A stretch of DNA of 64,000 nt from Oscillospiraceae bacterium (GTDB lineage Bacteria; Bacillota; Clostridia; Oscillospirales; CAG-272), in assembly GCA_015063685.1 (NCBI GenBank), contig SVTR01000004.1:3826-67825 (forward strand), written 5' to 3'. A program made the position numbers and the translations under genes. Positions 1-9,167 of the stretch are shown piece after piece; positions within the stretch are counted from its first letter, which is position 1; every line of letters begins with the position of its first letter. The notes under the pieces were generated by a model. That model was not told the DNA's origin and made no database searches. It saw only the letters and a list, made by a program, of their open reading frames with translations.

Positions 1-506
1 AGATCGTAGCTATCGGAGAGATAGGCCTTGACTATTATTGGGAACCCATGGACAAGCCTTTGCAAAAGGCCTTCTTTGAGGGACAATTGGAGATTTCCTG
101 CGAGGTAGGGCTACCCGTCCTGATCCATGACCGCGAGGCTCACGGTGACTGCTTTGAGACGGTGCTGAAATATCCCAAGGCAAGAGGCGTGTTCCACGGC
201 TACAGCGGATCGGCCGAGATGGCTCGGGAGCTGATCAAGCGAGGATGGTATATCGCCTTTGGTGGGACAGTCACCTTCAAAAATGCCCATCGGGTTAGGG
301 AAGTGGCGGCATCGGTTCCCCTGGATCATCTGCTCTTGGAAACAGATTGCCCCTATATGGCACCCGTCCCCCATCGGGGCAAGGTTTGCCATTCGGCCAT
401 GATCCCCCATATCGCTGAGGTGATGGCAGATTTGCACGGCGTCACCCCCGAGGATATCTCACGGATCACCACCGAAAACGCCAAGCGGTTGTTTGATCTG
501 CCTTAA
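1..506 (+). CDS. TatD family metal-dependent hydrolase, C-terminal part (5' end is upstream of the window)
   Basis: The frame is open from base 3; IVAIGEIGLDYYWEP precedes the listed Met at 48. Motifs IGEIGLDYY, HGYSGS and LLETDCPYMAP are typical of TatD/YcfH. Confidence 0.85.
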   Translation, partial: IVAIGEIGLDYYWEPMDKPLQKAFFEGQLEISCEVGLPVLIHDREAHGDCFETVLKYPKARGVFHGYSGSAEMARELIKRGWYIAFGGTVTFKNAHRVREVAASVPLDHLLLETDCPYMAPVPHRGKVCHSAMIPHIAEVMADLHGVTPEDISRITTENAKRLFDLP

Positions 507-569
507 AGGATATCCGTTGCCCGCCGCTCGGAGGGTACCGAAAAGCAAAAAGAAAATTAAAATATTCAT

Positions 570-602
570 CCCCCACGCATTGTGACAAACTTTGCGTGGG
601 GG
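570..602 (+). terminator. Hairpin after the TatD gene
   Basis: CCCCCACGCA-loop-TGCGTGGGGG followed by TTATGTTAT. The T-tract is weak. Confidence 0.4.
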
Positions 603-655
603 TTATGTTATACTGAGGAAAAACAAGAGCCACAAAGCAGAAGGGAAGTGAAAAT

Positions 656-1168
656 ATGACTGAGCGCGCATCCTTCCTTTGGGATACCGCAGGTGCAACC
701 GTCACGGTATATATCCGAGGCGAGATAGACCACCACACGGCGGTGACCGTCCGAAATGGGATTGACGCCATGCTTTTTGAGAACCGTCCTGCCAGGATGA
801 TCCTGGATCTGTCCAAGGTAGGATTCATGGATAGCTCCGGGCTGGGGCTAATCATGGGGCGGTTGTCTGTGATGAAATCCTTGGGCGGGACCATGACCGT
901 CCGCAATCCCAGCCGTGAGACCGAGGCCATATTGACATTGGCGGGGATGGAGCGGCTGATTCGTATTGAATACACGGAGGGTGTGTCGTCGGAAGCCGCA
1001 GACGCGCTTCGAAAAAAAGCTTACGAGCCGCCGAAAATGGCGACTGCTTCTGTCGTTTCTTTGGAAGGCATCGGGAGGAGCAATAGAAGAGAACATAACG
1101 GACAAGCTCGGCAAAGAAAAAGCACCCGCAAAGGCAGAAGCGCGAAGGTGCCGGGCGATTCCGCTTAA
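656..1168 (+). CDS. spoIIAA: Anti-sigma F factor antagonist SpoIIAA (STAS domain) with an unusual ~60-aa basic C-terminal tail
   Basis: STAS core with the FMDSSGLG phospho-serine motif. It lies immediately upstream of spoIIAB and sigF. RBS GAAGGGAAG lies before the ATG. Confidence 0.9.
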   Translation: MTERASFLWDTAGATVTVYIRGEIDHHTAVTVRNGIDAMLFENRPARMILDLSKVGFMDSSGLGLIMGRLSVMKSLGGTMTVRNPSRETEAILTLAGMERLIRIEYTEGVSSEAADALRKKAYEPPKMATASVVSLEGIGRSNRREHNGQARQRKSTRKGRSAKVPGDSA

Positions 1169-1195
1169 TATCTATTAGGGAAGGAGGAAAAGAAA

Positions 1196-1693
1196 ATGAG
1201 TCGGAAAAAGAGTATTTTCAATGGCAAGGTGATCAATAAAATGCAGTGCAGATTCCCCGCGTTGTCGGTGAATGAAGCCATGGCGCGGGCCACGGTGGCG
1301 GTATTTGTGTCTCAGCTTGACCCCGAGATCACAGAGCTTGCGGATATCAAGTGCGCGGTTTCGGAGGCAGTCACCAATTGCATCGTCCACGGCTACCGAA
1401 GCTGTGAAGGGATGATCACCGTGACGGTCAGCATTCTGGAGGGGCGTGTTGTCAAGATCGAGATCAAGGACAAGGGCTGTGGGATTCCTGACGTCAAGCA
1501 GGCCAGGACGCCCTTGTATACCACCGATGCGGCAGGGGAGCGCAGCGGTATGGGCTTTACCGTCATGGAAAGCTTTACCCATGCCATGCGGGTCACCTCC
1601 AAGGTTGGCTTGGGCACCACGGTCACGCTCTATAAATGCCTGGGGACGCCTCCGTCGATCGAGGGGAGCGGCCGCAGACGCGGTGGATCTTGA
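1196..1693 (+). CDS. spoIIAB: Anti-sigma F factor SpoIIAB (serine protein kinase)
   Basis: HATPase boxes EAVTNCIVHGY, DKGCGIPD and GMGFTVM. RBS GGAGGAAAAGAAA precedes the ATG. Operon position is between spoIIAA and sigF. Confidence 0.9.
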   Translation: MSRKKSIFNGKVINKMQCRFPALSVNEAMARATVAVFVSQLDPEITELADIKCAVSEAVTNCIVHGYRSCEGMITVTVSILEGRVVKIEIKDKGCGIPDVKQARTPLYTTDAAGERSGMGFTVMESFTHAMRVTSKVGLGTTVTLYKCLGTPPSIEGSGRRRGGS

Positions 1694-1745
1694 GGATCTC
1701 TGCTACATAACCTGCCTTTTGGCAGACAGAAAGGAGACAAGATCC

Positions 1746-2558
1746 ATGTGGGAGTCTACGCAAAGCATCATCATGTCAGAGGAGATATCCAAGGAGACGA
1801 TGGGGGAAGAGAGCCCGAACAACAAGGATGACGGACGGTTTGCGCGGAATATGGCGCTGATCCGTCGAGCGCAAGACGGCGACGAGGAGGCCATGGAGCG
1901 GCTGGTGATAGAGAATATGGGGCTTGTGCGAAGCGTGGCGGTGAAATTCAGAGATCGCGGGACGGAATATGAGGATCTTGTGCAGATTGGCACCATGGGC
2001 ATGATCAAAGCCATCCGCAGCTTCGATTGCTCTCGTGGCACCACCTTTTCCACCTACGGTGTGCCGCTGATCATCGGAGAGATCCGACGCCACTTGCGGG
2101 ATGACGGCCTCATCCGTGTCAGCCGAGGCTACCGTCATCTGGGGATGCTGCTCATGCGGGAGCGTAACCGTATTGCCGCCGAGGAGGGACGGGAAGCTAC
2201 CATCGGTGAGCTGGCCGAAGCCTGCGGTGTCACCCGTGAAGAAGCGGCCACCGCCTTGGACGCCTTGACGCCGGTCACCTCCTTGTCGGATAACGCCTAT
2301 GGAGAGGACTCGCCGGAGCTGGGAAACGTCATCCCGGATCAATCCGAGGCGGACGATATGGCGCGCCGACTGGACGCTATCGCCTTGGCGCAGGTCATTG
2401 AGACCCTGCCGCCGGATTGGAAAAAGATCATATTGCTCCGCTACTATCGCAATATGACCCAGCAACGAGTGGCTGATCTTATGGGACTGACCCAGGTGAA
2501 GGTATCCCGAGAGGAAAAGAAGATCATGGCCTATATGCGGGAGCAGTTGGGTGGATGA
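1746..2558 (+). CDS. sigF: RNA polymerase sporulation sigma factor SigF
   Basis: Lies inside listed ORF 1446..2558. ATG at 1746 is preceded by AAGGAG at 1731-1736. Region 2 DLVQIGTMGMIKAIRSFD and region 4.2 TQQRVADLMGLTQVKVSREEKKIM are present. Confidence 0.9.
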   Translation: MWESTQSIIMSEEISKETMGEESPNNKDDGRFARNMALIRRAQDGDEEAMERLVIENMGLVRSVAVKFRDRGTEYEDLVQIGTMGMIKAIRSFDCSRGTTFSTYGVPLIIGEIRRHLRDDGLIRVSRGYRHLGMLLMRERNRIAAEEGREATIGELAEACGVTREEAATALDALTPVTSLSDNAYGEDSPELGNVIPDQSEADDMARRLDAIALAQVIETLPPDWKKIILLRYYRNMTQQRVADLMGLTQVKVSREEKKIMAYMREQLGG

Positions 2559-2575
2559 AGCGTTTTGAGCACAAT

Positions 2576-2630
2576 AAAAAAGGGGGCAGAGCCCGAGTCG
2601 GAGGACCCGACCCGGCTCTGCCCTTTGGGT
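2576..2630. terminator. Bidirectional rho-independent terminator between convergent sigF and the membrane-protein gene
   Basis: GGGCAGAGCC (2584-2593) pairs with GGCTCTGCCC (2614-2623). It is flanked by an A-run on the left and TTTGGGTTT on the right. Confidence 0.6.
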
Positions 2631-3776
2631 TTATTCGGCGTTTGTGGGATAGCTGATATCTCCGTCGATGCAATGTACCACCATCGAGGGAGGAACAATA
2701 GAGCTTTCCATGTTAAAGAATGCGCGGAATTCCTCCATGGTACCGTCGTAGGTCAGGGAGGTAATGCCCATATAGAGCATGATCTCAGGATCTGTGACGC
2801 TGAGTCCCGTCAAGGTTTTGGGAAGCTTGACAGTCACGGCATCCTTCAAGTGATCGCTGTGCCCGGACAGATACTTTTCCACATTGGGATCGGTGATATT
2901 ATGCTCATCGGCCATCTTTTGGATCTTCAGAAGATCAGCATAGCACCACTCAGCAGTATACCAGGGAGCCGCCAGGGCGATGAGAGAGGATGTCCGAGCC
3001 AAATCAATAGCGGTGGCCTTGGGATCCAGCACGTAGACGTTTGTGTATTCACAAATGGGATAGTACTGAAGGAGCTCTTCTTTCATCTCTGTGTTGGTAC
3101 AGAATTCCAATCCTTTCAGTTGGAAATAAGACATGAACAACTTGTAATAGAAATTATTGCGTGCTACCTCTTCATCTGTCTGATCAGGCGTGTCACGGTA
3201 GAAATCCAGTACGGCGGCGCGGATCTTTTCAAAGTCCTCTGCGGGGATATAAGCGGGGATATTGTAGGAGGGGGTCAGGGAAAGGCCGACAACCGTGTCC
3301 CCGTCGGGGGAGGTTTCGGGGATATTGACGGTGTAGCTTCCCTCGTACAGGATGTTGACCGTGATGCCGCTGACACGACAGGTGCCGTCGCCGTTGGAGA
3401 GATAGGTGATCTTGTAGGGCATATCGGGGGTCATGCCCTGATAGGTGTCCAGATCCAGGGTGGAGGGATCGAAAACAGTCTCAGCGGAGGATTCGGCTTC
3501 GGTTTCGGGGGCATCGGTTACCGTTACTGAAGGATCATCCACGGTTCCCGCAGGGGTACCCCAAGGATCCTGACCTACACGCAGGATGACAGCCATCACC
3601 GAAAGCGCTACCACGGCGCAGATGCAGGCCACACCCCAGCCGCTGTTGAAGAAACGGCTGACAGCGCTTGCTCCGCGGCGCTTTGGGGTCTGAAGGCCGA
3701 GATGATCGGGCATGGATTCCAGAATGTATTTGTCCCGTACCTGGGAGAGTGCTTTGAATTTGTCATAACGTGTCAT
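2631..3776 (-). CDS. Single-pass membrane protein, putative regulatory partner (anti-sigma-like) of the upstream ECF-like sigma factor
   Basis: Start chosen at MTRYDKF (ATG 3776), which overlaps the sigma stop codon as ATGA. It has ~45 cytoplasmic aa, a TM segment GWGVACICAVVALSVMAVIL and a ~300-aa ectodomain. Confidence 0.6.
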   Translation of the reverse strand: MTRYDKFKALSQVRDKYILESMPDHLGLQTPKRRGASAVSRFFNSGWGVACICAVVALSVMAVILRVGQDPWGTPAGTVDDPSVTVTDAPETEAESSAETVFDPSTLDLDTYQGMTPDMPYKITYLSNGDGTCRVSGITVNILYEGSYTVNIPETSPDGDTVVGLSLTPSYNIPAYIPAEDFEKIRAAVLDFYRDTPDQTDEEVARNNFYYKLFMSYFQLKGLEFCTNTEMKEELLQYYPICEYTNVYVLDPKATAIDLARTSSLIALAAPWYTAEWCYADLLKIQKMADEHNITDPNVEKYLSGHSDHLKDAVTVKLPKTLTGLSVTDPEIMLYMGITSLTYDGTMEEFRAFFNMESSIVPPSMVVHCIDGDISYPTNAE

Positions 3777-4309
3777 GATTTGTAACCTCTTTCTGTAAGA
3801 TACTTCCTCAGGTGCTCCCGCGTTCTGTGCAGGCGCACCGAGACGTGATTGGGGGTTAGTCCATAGGTCGCCGCCAGGGCTTTGACGGAGCAAGCATGCC
3901 AGTAGCGTCCAAGGAACAGCTTGCGCTCCAAGGGTTCCAGTCCGTCAAGAAAGGTGTTGAGGGTATCGCCGAAGCCTACCTCCTCCCTGTCGGGAATACA
4001 TTCGGCCAGCTCGTCCAGAATCTGCTCCATGTCAATGTGTTTGGCGCGGCGCTGATTCTGACGGTATCGGTCAATGGAGAGATTTCTTGTAATGCGGCAA
4101 AGGAAGGCCTTGAAAGCGTTGGGGCGCTCGGGCGGAATGGTCTGCCATGCCCTGACCCAAGTGTCGTTGACACATTCTTCGGCGTCCTGACGGTTGTGCA
4201 GGATACCCATGGCTACGCCGTGGCAAATTCCGCCGTACTTGATGGAGGTCTCCACCACCGCGGCATCGTCTCGCGCCCAGTATAGGTCGATGATCTTATT
4301 GTCTTCCAT
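3773..4309 (-). CDS. Sigma-70 family (ECF-like) RNA polymerase sigma factor
   Basis: Region 2 DAEECVNDTWVRAW and RNLSIDRYR; region 4 ATYGLTPNHVSVRLHRTREHLRKYL. It is a paralog of 31193..31747. Confidence 0.85.
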   Translation of the reverse strand: MEDNKIIDLYWARDDAAVVETSIKYGGICHGVAMGILHNRQDAEECVNDTWVRAWQTIPPERPNAFKAFLCRITRNLSIDRYRQNQRRAKHIDMEQILDELAECIPDREEVGFGDTLNTFLDGLEPLERKLFLGRYWHACSVKALAATYGLTPNHVSVRLHRTREHLRKYLTERGYKS

Positions 4310-4482
4310 AATTTACTCCTTTCGTGAGGGTGGTTTTCAATCGTTTCGGCGGATGGGGCTTTTGCGGGACGCTGTATGGGAATTTGCCTTCAGCCGACCA
4401 ACGATTGTTTCCATCCTCTGCCACCTATGACGAACCGAAATGCCAAAATCTTACAGACTTTTCAAAAAATGACGAAGTTTTT

Positions 4483-4517
4483 AAAAAAGCAGATACCTCT
4501 TTGAGAAGGTATCTGCT
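4483..4517 (-). terminator. Rho-independent terminator ending the MBL-gltX-glnS-DUF1294 transcription unit
   Basis: GCAGATACCT pairs with AGGTATCTGC, followed by TTTTTT on the minus strand, 9 nt after the DUF1294 stop. Confidence 0.65.
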
Positions 4518-4525
4518 TTCTGTGG

Positions 4526-4822
4526 TTAAAAGGCAAAAATGCCGAAATGGAAGCCTGCAAAGATCAGCGCGGCATGCACCAGGATGATGAGGGGAATGCC
4601 CACCATGAAGCTGACGTGCTTGGTCTTGTGGCGGATGAGCAGCATGCAAAGGAACATGGCTACAGAGCCGCCCAGGGCAGAGAAGATGAACAGGCTCTTT
4701 TCGGGAACACGGAATTTGACTTTGTTCAGCTTGGAAAACGTCTTGTCGTAAATACAGACGATGATGGAGATCAGGGAGATGATACCGAGATAAATAAGCA
4801 AAATCTTGAGGGGGGTGTTCAT
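4526..4822 (-). CDS. DUF1294 family small membrane protein
   Basis: 98 aa with three hydrophobic helices and the motif RVPEKSLFIFSALGGSVAMF. RBS AAGGAGG. It starts 12 nt after the glnS stop. Confidence 0.75.
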   Translation of the reverse strand: MNTPLKILLIYLGIISLISIIVCIYDKTFSKLNKVKFRVPEKSLFIFSALGGSVAMFLCMLLIRHKTKHVSFMVGIPLIILVHAALIFAGFHFGIFAF

Positions 4823-4834
4823 AGGAGTCCTCCT

Positions 4835-6493
4835 TTATTTTTTGGCGTTGTCTTTCAGTGAAACCACCTGATTGTAGGTATTCTCGTTCTTCACGTCCTT
4901 ACAGAAGTAGCCGAAACGGACGAACTGGAATCGCTCACCGCCCTCGGCGTTTTCCAGAGAAGGCTCCACCATAGCGCCTTCGATCTTGGTGAGGGAGTTT
5001 TCGTTGAGGAAATCCAAATAGGTCTTGCCCTCGGGCACATCGGCGGTGTTCTCGATGTTGAACAGGCGGTCATACAGCATGAGAGTGGTGGGACGCGCGT
5101 ACTTGGCGGACAGCCAATGGATGGTACCCTTGATCTTTCGGCCGTCCACGGGCATACCGCTGCCCGTTTCCAGATCGGCGGTGGCGTGGATGCATCTCAC
5201 GCTACCGTCTTCATTCTTCTCGATCTCGCCGCACTTGATGATATAGCCACCCATGAGGCGAACCTCACCCTCGGGCTTGAGACGGAAAAACTTAGGCGGA
5301 GGCACCTCGGCGAAGTCATCGGCATCGATGTAGACCTCGCGGGTCATGGGGACCTCACGACTACCCAGCTCAGGCTTCTGAGGATGGTTGGGGAGGGTAA
5401 TCATTTCCTCCTTATCCTCGGGATAGTTGTCGATGACCACCTTGATGGGATGGGCGATGGCCACGCGGCGCAGGGCGTTCTCATTGAGATCGTCACGGAC
5501 ACAGGCCTCCAGCTGACGGATATCTACGGTGTGGTCGGTGTTGGTGACACCTGCCTCGCGGACGAAGGTGAACAGGGCGTTCGGGGTGTAGCCGCGGCGG
5601 CGCAGGCCCTTCAGGGTGGGCAGACGGGGATCGTCCCAGCCGTCAACAAAGCCCTCCTCCACCAGCTGACGGAGATAACGCTTGGACATGACGGTGTAGG
5701 TGATGTTCATGCGGCCGAACTCCCACTGGTGGGGCTTCTGCTCAAAGCCGATCTTCTCCACCACCCAGTCGTAGAGGGGTCTGTGGTTGCGGAACTCGCT
5801 GGAGCAGAGGGAGTGGGTGATGCCCTCCAGAGCGTCCTGGATGGGGTGGGCGAAGTCGTACATGGGATACACGCACCACTCATCCCCCTGACGGTGATGG
5901 TGGATGTGCTTGATGCGGTAGATGACGGGATCGCGGAGGTAGGGGTTGTCCGAGGAGGGGTCGATCTTGGCACGCAGGGTGCGGGCACCGTCCTCAAACT
6001 CGCCGTTCTTCATGCGCTCGAAGAGCTCCAGGTTCTCCTCCACGCTGCGGTTGCGGTAAGGAGACTCCTTGGAGGCCTGGGCGCGGTCGGTGCCCTTGTA
6101 GTCGGCCAGATCATCCTTGGACAGGTCGCAGACGTAGGCGTCGCCCTGCTTGATGAGCTGGACGGCGAACTCGTAGCACTTGCCGAAGTAGTCCGAGCCG
6201 TAGTACACGCCGCCCGTGGGGGTGGCACCCAGCCACTCCAGATCCTCGCGGATGGAGCGGACAAACTCGTCGGACTCCTTGGCGGGGTTGGTGTCGTCGT
6301 AGCGGAGGTTGAACAGACCGCTGTACTTGTTGGCCACGTCGGTGTTGACGCAGATGGCCTTCACGGATCCGATGTGGAGGTAGCCGTTGGGCTCGGGAGG
6401 GAAGCGGGTGTGGATCTTCAGATTGGGGTTGTTTTCAAGATCCACGTCAATAATGTCGTGAATGAAATTGGAATGCTTGACTTCGTTTTCCAT
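4835..6493 (-). CDS. glnS: Glutamine--tRNA ligase
   Basis: HIGH motif PEPNGYLHIGS, KMSKS motif VMSKR, and N-terminal NFIHDIID as in GlnRS. Start taken at MENEVK (ATG 6493) inside listed ORF 4835..6523. Confidence 0.92.
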   Translation of the reverse strand: MENEVKHSNFIHDIIDVDLENNPNLKIHTRFPPEPNGYLHIGSVKAICVNTDVANKYSGLFNLRYDDTNPAKESDEFVRSIREDLEWLGATPTGGVYYGSDYFGKCYEFAVQLIKQGDAYVCDLSKDDLADYKGTDRAQASKESPYRNRSVEENLELFERMKNGEFEDGARTLRAKIDPSSDNPYLRDPVIYRIKHIHHHRQGDEWCVYPMYDFAHPIQDALEGITHSLCSSEFRNHRPLYDWVVEKIGFEQKPHQWEFGRMNITYTVMSKRYLRQLVEEGFVDGWDDPRLPTLKGLRRRGYTPNALFTFVREAGVTNTDHTVDIRQLEACVRDDLNENALRRVAIAHPIKVVIDNYPEDKEEMITLPNHPQKPELGSREVPMTREVYIDADDFAEVPPPKFFRLKPEGEVRLMGGYIIKCGEIEKNEDGSVRCIHATADLETGSGMPVDGRKIKGTIHWLSAKYARPTTLMLYDRLFNIENTADVPEGKTYLDFLNENSLTKIEGAMVEPSLENAEGGERFQFVRFGYFCKDVKNENTYNQVVSLKDNAKK

Positions 6494-6557
6494 AGTTTTT
6501 TCAAGCAAGGCAAAACCTTGCATCCTTTCAAAGGATATAGATCAGTTTGAGGGGGCG

Positions 6558-6639
6558 GCGGGCGACCGCAGGTCGCCCCTACGATGTGCATGGGGTGTTT
6601 GGGGGAGATTTTGGGGTAGGGGCGATCTGCGATCGCCCG
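6558..6639. repeat. Pair of REP-like hairpins (GGGCGAnC...GnTCGCCC plus CTAC/GTAG), tail to tail
   Basis: GCGGGCGACCGCAGGTCGCCCCTAC (6558-6582) and GTAGGGGCGATCTGCGATCGCCCG (6616-6639). The same family occurs at 16.7, 33.8, 49.5 and 51.7 kb. Confidence 0.7.
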
Positions 6640-6642
6640 TTG

Positions 6643-8328
6643 TTACAGGGAAAAGGCGTCCAGACGGGCGAAGACTCTGTCCTTGCCCAGCAGCTGCATG
6701 ACGGTATAGAGATCGGGGGCGTTGAGCTTACCTGTCACAGCCAGACGGAGGAAGCCCGACACGTCGGCCACACTGCCCTTGAAGGCAGTGGGATCGGCCT
6801 TGTAGGCCTTCATGTCGGCAGCGTAGCCCAGATCAGTTGCGATAGCCTTGACCTTGTCGAACCACACGGGCATCTCGTCAGCGGGATCGTAGGAGGCCTT
6901 AAACGCGGTGATGGCGGCCTTCACGTCATCCATGTCGGTGCCCTCGGGGAAGGTATCCTTGATCTCAAAGAGCTCATCGTAGAAGAAATCCAGGTAGGGG
7001 CGGACGTCGGTCCAGACGGTGAAGTCCTTGCGGGGCTTCTTGCCGCCGCGGCCGATGGCGAAGATGGCCTTGGCGTAGTCGGGATTCGCGGTGATCAGAG
7101 CGTTCATCTCGGCATCGTACTCCGAAGCCCACGCGGTGTACTTGGCGTAGACCTCCTCGGCGGTCATGCGGGAGAGGACGTTCTTGGAGACGTCGTTCAG
7201 CTTCTGGAAGTCGAAGAGACAGCCCGAGGCCGACATCTTCTTGACGTTGAAGGGGAAATCGGTGTAGGGCAGGGTGGTGTTGGCGGCTCTCCACTCCTCG
7301 TAGTTGGAGTTGAGCAGGGTCAGCACGTACTCGGCCACGGCCTCGGGGGCATAGCCCATCTTGGCGTAATCGTCCAGGTTGGCGCCCATGTCCCGCTTGG
7401 AGAGCTTCTTCTTGTTGCCGTTCTCGTCCAGACGCATGATCTGGGAGATGTGCATATACTTGGGAGCCTTGAAGCCCAGGTAGTAGAAGAGCTGGAGGTG
7501 CTTGGGCAGGGAGGGGAGCCACTCCTCGCCGCGGATGACGAGGTTGGTGCCCATGAGGTGGTCGTCCACCGCGTGGGCGAAGTGGTAGGTGGGGATGCCG
7601 TCGGATTTCAGAAGCACGAAATCCTCGTCGTTGACGGGCATTTCCAGCTTGCCGCGCACCAGATCCTGGAAGGTGATCTTCTTTTCGCCGTCACCATCGG
7701 ACAGGAGACGCAGCACCCAGGGATTGCCCGCGGCCAGATTGGCCTCCACGTCCTCCATGGTGAACTCACGGTGGGACAGCATCTCGGCCCGTCTTGCGGC
7801 GGCCTCAGCCTCCCAGTCCACGCTCTTGATCTCGGCCTTCTTGTCGGTCTGCTTCAAGGCCTCCAGCTCCTCCTCGGTGGTGAAGACGGGGTAGGCCTTG
7901 CCCTCGGCCACCAGCTTCTTGGCGAAGACGTGGTAAAGATGGGCGCGGAGACTCTGCTTGTAGGGGCCGTAGTCGCCGATATCGGTTACCTTGCCGTCGG
8001 GGCCCAGGATGGCGCCCTCGTCGAAGTGGATGCCGTAGCGCTCCAGGGTGGTAATCAGACCCTCGGCGGCACCGGGAACCTCACGCTTGGCGTCGGTGTC
8101 CTCAATGCGGAGGTAGAACACGCCCCCCGACTGGTGCGCCAGACGCTCGCCCACCATGACGGGAAACAGACCGCCGAAGTGGACGAAGCCCGTGGGGGAG
8201 GGGGCGAAGCGGGTTACCTTGGCACCCTCGGGGAGACTGCGGGCGGGGAATCGGGCCTCGCATTCCTCGGGCGTTTCGGTGACGTGAGGAAACAGTAAGT
8301 CAGCTAACTTTTGATAGTTCATATCCAT
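6643..8328 (-). CDS. gltX: Glutamate--tRNA ligase (long form)
   Basis: HIGH motif PSPTGFVHFGG, KMSKS motif KLSKRD, and RIEDTD. Confidence 0.92.
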   Translation of the reverse strand: MDMNYQKLADLLFPHVTETPEECEARFPARSLPEGAKVTRFAPSPTGFVHFGGLFPVMVGERLAHQSGGVFYLRIEDTDAKREVPGAAEGLITTLERYGIHFDEGAILGPDGKVTDIGDYGPYKQSLRAHLYHVFAKKLVAEGKAYPVFTTEEELEALKQTDKKAEIKSVDWEAEAAARRAEMLSHREFTMEDVEANLAAGNPWVLRLLSDGDGEKKITFQDLVRGKLEMPVNDEDFVLLKSDGIPTYHFAHAVDDHLMGTNLVIRGEEWLPSLPKHLQLFYYLGFKAPKYMHISQIMRLDENGNKKKLSKRDMGANLDDYAKMGYAPEAVAEYVLTLLNSNYEEWRAANTTLPYTDFPFNVKKMSASGCLFDFQKLNDVSKNVLSRMTAEEVYAKYTAWASEYDAEMNALITANPDYAKAIFAIGRGGKKPRKDFTVWTDVRPYLDFFYDELFEIKDTFPEGTDMDDVKAAITAFKASYDPADEMPVWFDKVKAIATDLGYAADMKAYKADPTAFKGSVADVSGFLRLAVTGKLNAPDLYTVMQLLGKDRVFARLDAFSL

Positions 8329-8375
8329 TGGTTTATGTCATCCTTTCGGAAATAATCTGTTGGTTTTTTGCCCTG

Positions 8376-9020
8376 TTAAAAATACATGACGTTGTCAAGG
8401 GCGAGGGACAGTTTAGCGCTGTCACCGTGGCCGGGGTAAATGGTCAGCCTGCCCTCCAAGGTGCGGAGCAGACCCAGGGATCGAAACAGGGTGTCACGAC
8501 TGCCGCCCCAAAGATCCCAACGGCCGATGTTATCGGCAAACAGGGTGTCTCCTGTGACCAGGATGCGGGCGTTGCCCGTGGGTTCCACACAGAGGTAGCA
8601 AACCGATCCGGGGGAATGGCCGGGGGTGTGGATCACCTTGACCTTACCGCCGCCCAAGGGGATCTCGTCTCCGTCCCTGAGGAGAACGTCGGCGGGGGCG
8701 TAGACCCTGTTCTGACCGAAAAAGAAGGTAAATCCGTTCTTTTCGCCATCGGTGAGCATAGGCGCGTCGCCCTCGTGGATGTAGACCTTGAGGTCAATAC
8801 CCTCTGCCTTTGCGGAGGCGCGCAAGGTATCTACGGACAGGATGTGGTCAAAATGACCGTGAGTGAGCAGAATGCCCATGGGAGTCAGGTTTTCCTCCCG
8901 GAGCCGTTGTAAAATAGACGATGCTGCCGCGCTGGGGTCGATGATAAAGGCTTGTCCTCCTTGCCGCAGGATGTAGCAGTTGGAGGCAAAGGAGCCGGGA
9001 AACAGGTTGATGATCTCCAT
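8376..9020 (-). CDS. MBL-fold metallo-hydrolase (glyoxalase II-like)
   Basis: THGHFDH motif and 214 aa. RBS AAGGAGGG. Confidence 0.85.
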   Translation of the reverse strand: MEIINLFPGSFASNCYILRQGGQAFIIDPSAAASSILQRLREENLTPMGILLTHGHFDHILSVDTLRASAKAEGIDLKVYIHEGDAPMLTDGEKNGFTFFFGQNRVYAPADVLLRDGDEIPLGGGKVKVIHTPGHSPGSVCYLCVEPTGNARILVTGDTLFADNIGRWDLWGGSRDTLFRSLGLLRTLEGRLTIYPGHGDSAKLSLALDNVMYF

Positions 9021-9051
9021 AGCGTCCCTCCTTGCAAAAAATACACATTAT

Positions 9052-9080
9052 ATTATAACACAGATTTTACGTCTTGTCTA
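9052..9080 (-). promoter_or_regulatory. Sigma-A type promoter for the MBL-gltX-glnS-DUF1294 operon
   Basis: On the minus strand: TAGACA, 17 nt, TATAAT, with an extended TGT upstream of -10. Confidence 0.55.
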
Positions 9081-9127
9081 CAGTGAAGCAAAAAAAAGTT
9101 GGGCGGCGAAGAATTTTTTGAATAAGA

Positions 9128-9158
9128 AAGGGGCTGTCTCGTAACGAGACAGCCCCTT
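9128..9158 (-). terminator. Rho-independent terminator after the 766-aa lipoprotein gene
   Basis: AAGGGGCTGTCTCG-TAA-CGAGACAGCCCCTT, then a T-rich stretch on the minus strand. Confidence 0.65.
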
Positions 9159-9167
9159 GGGAATGCT

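Noticed and set aside
1446-1745. N-terminal 100 aa of listed ORF 1446..2558
   Set aside because: This part overlaps spoIIAB in another frame, is Arg/Pro/Ser-rich, and has no RBS. sigF starts at ATG 1746, behind AAGGAG.
2565-3530. ORF 2565..3530 + (321 aa)
   Set aside because: It lies antisense to the membrane-partner gene that is translationally coupled to the sigma gene. It has shadow-ORF composition and starts inside the sigF terminator.
5117-8298. Long plus-strand ORFs 5117..6550 (477 aa) and 6547..8298 (583 aa)
   Set aside because: They lie antisense to glnS and gltX, which have unmistakable synthetase motifs. Their translations are G/V/L/H/D-rich low-complexity sequence, typical of shadow ORFs in GC-rich DNA, and neither has an RBS.
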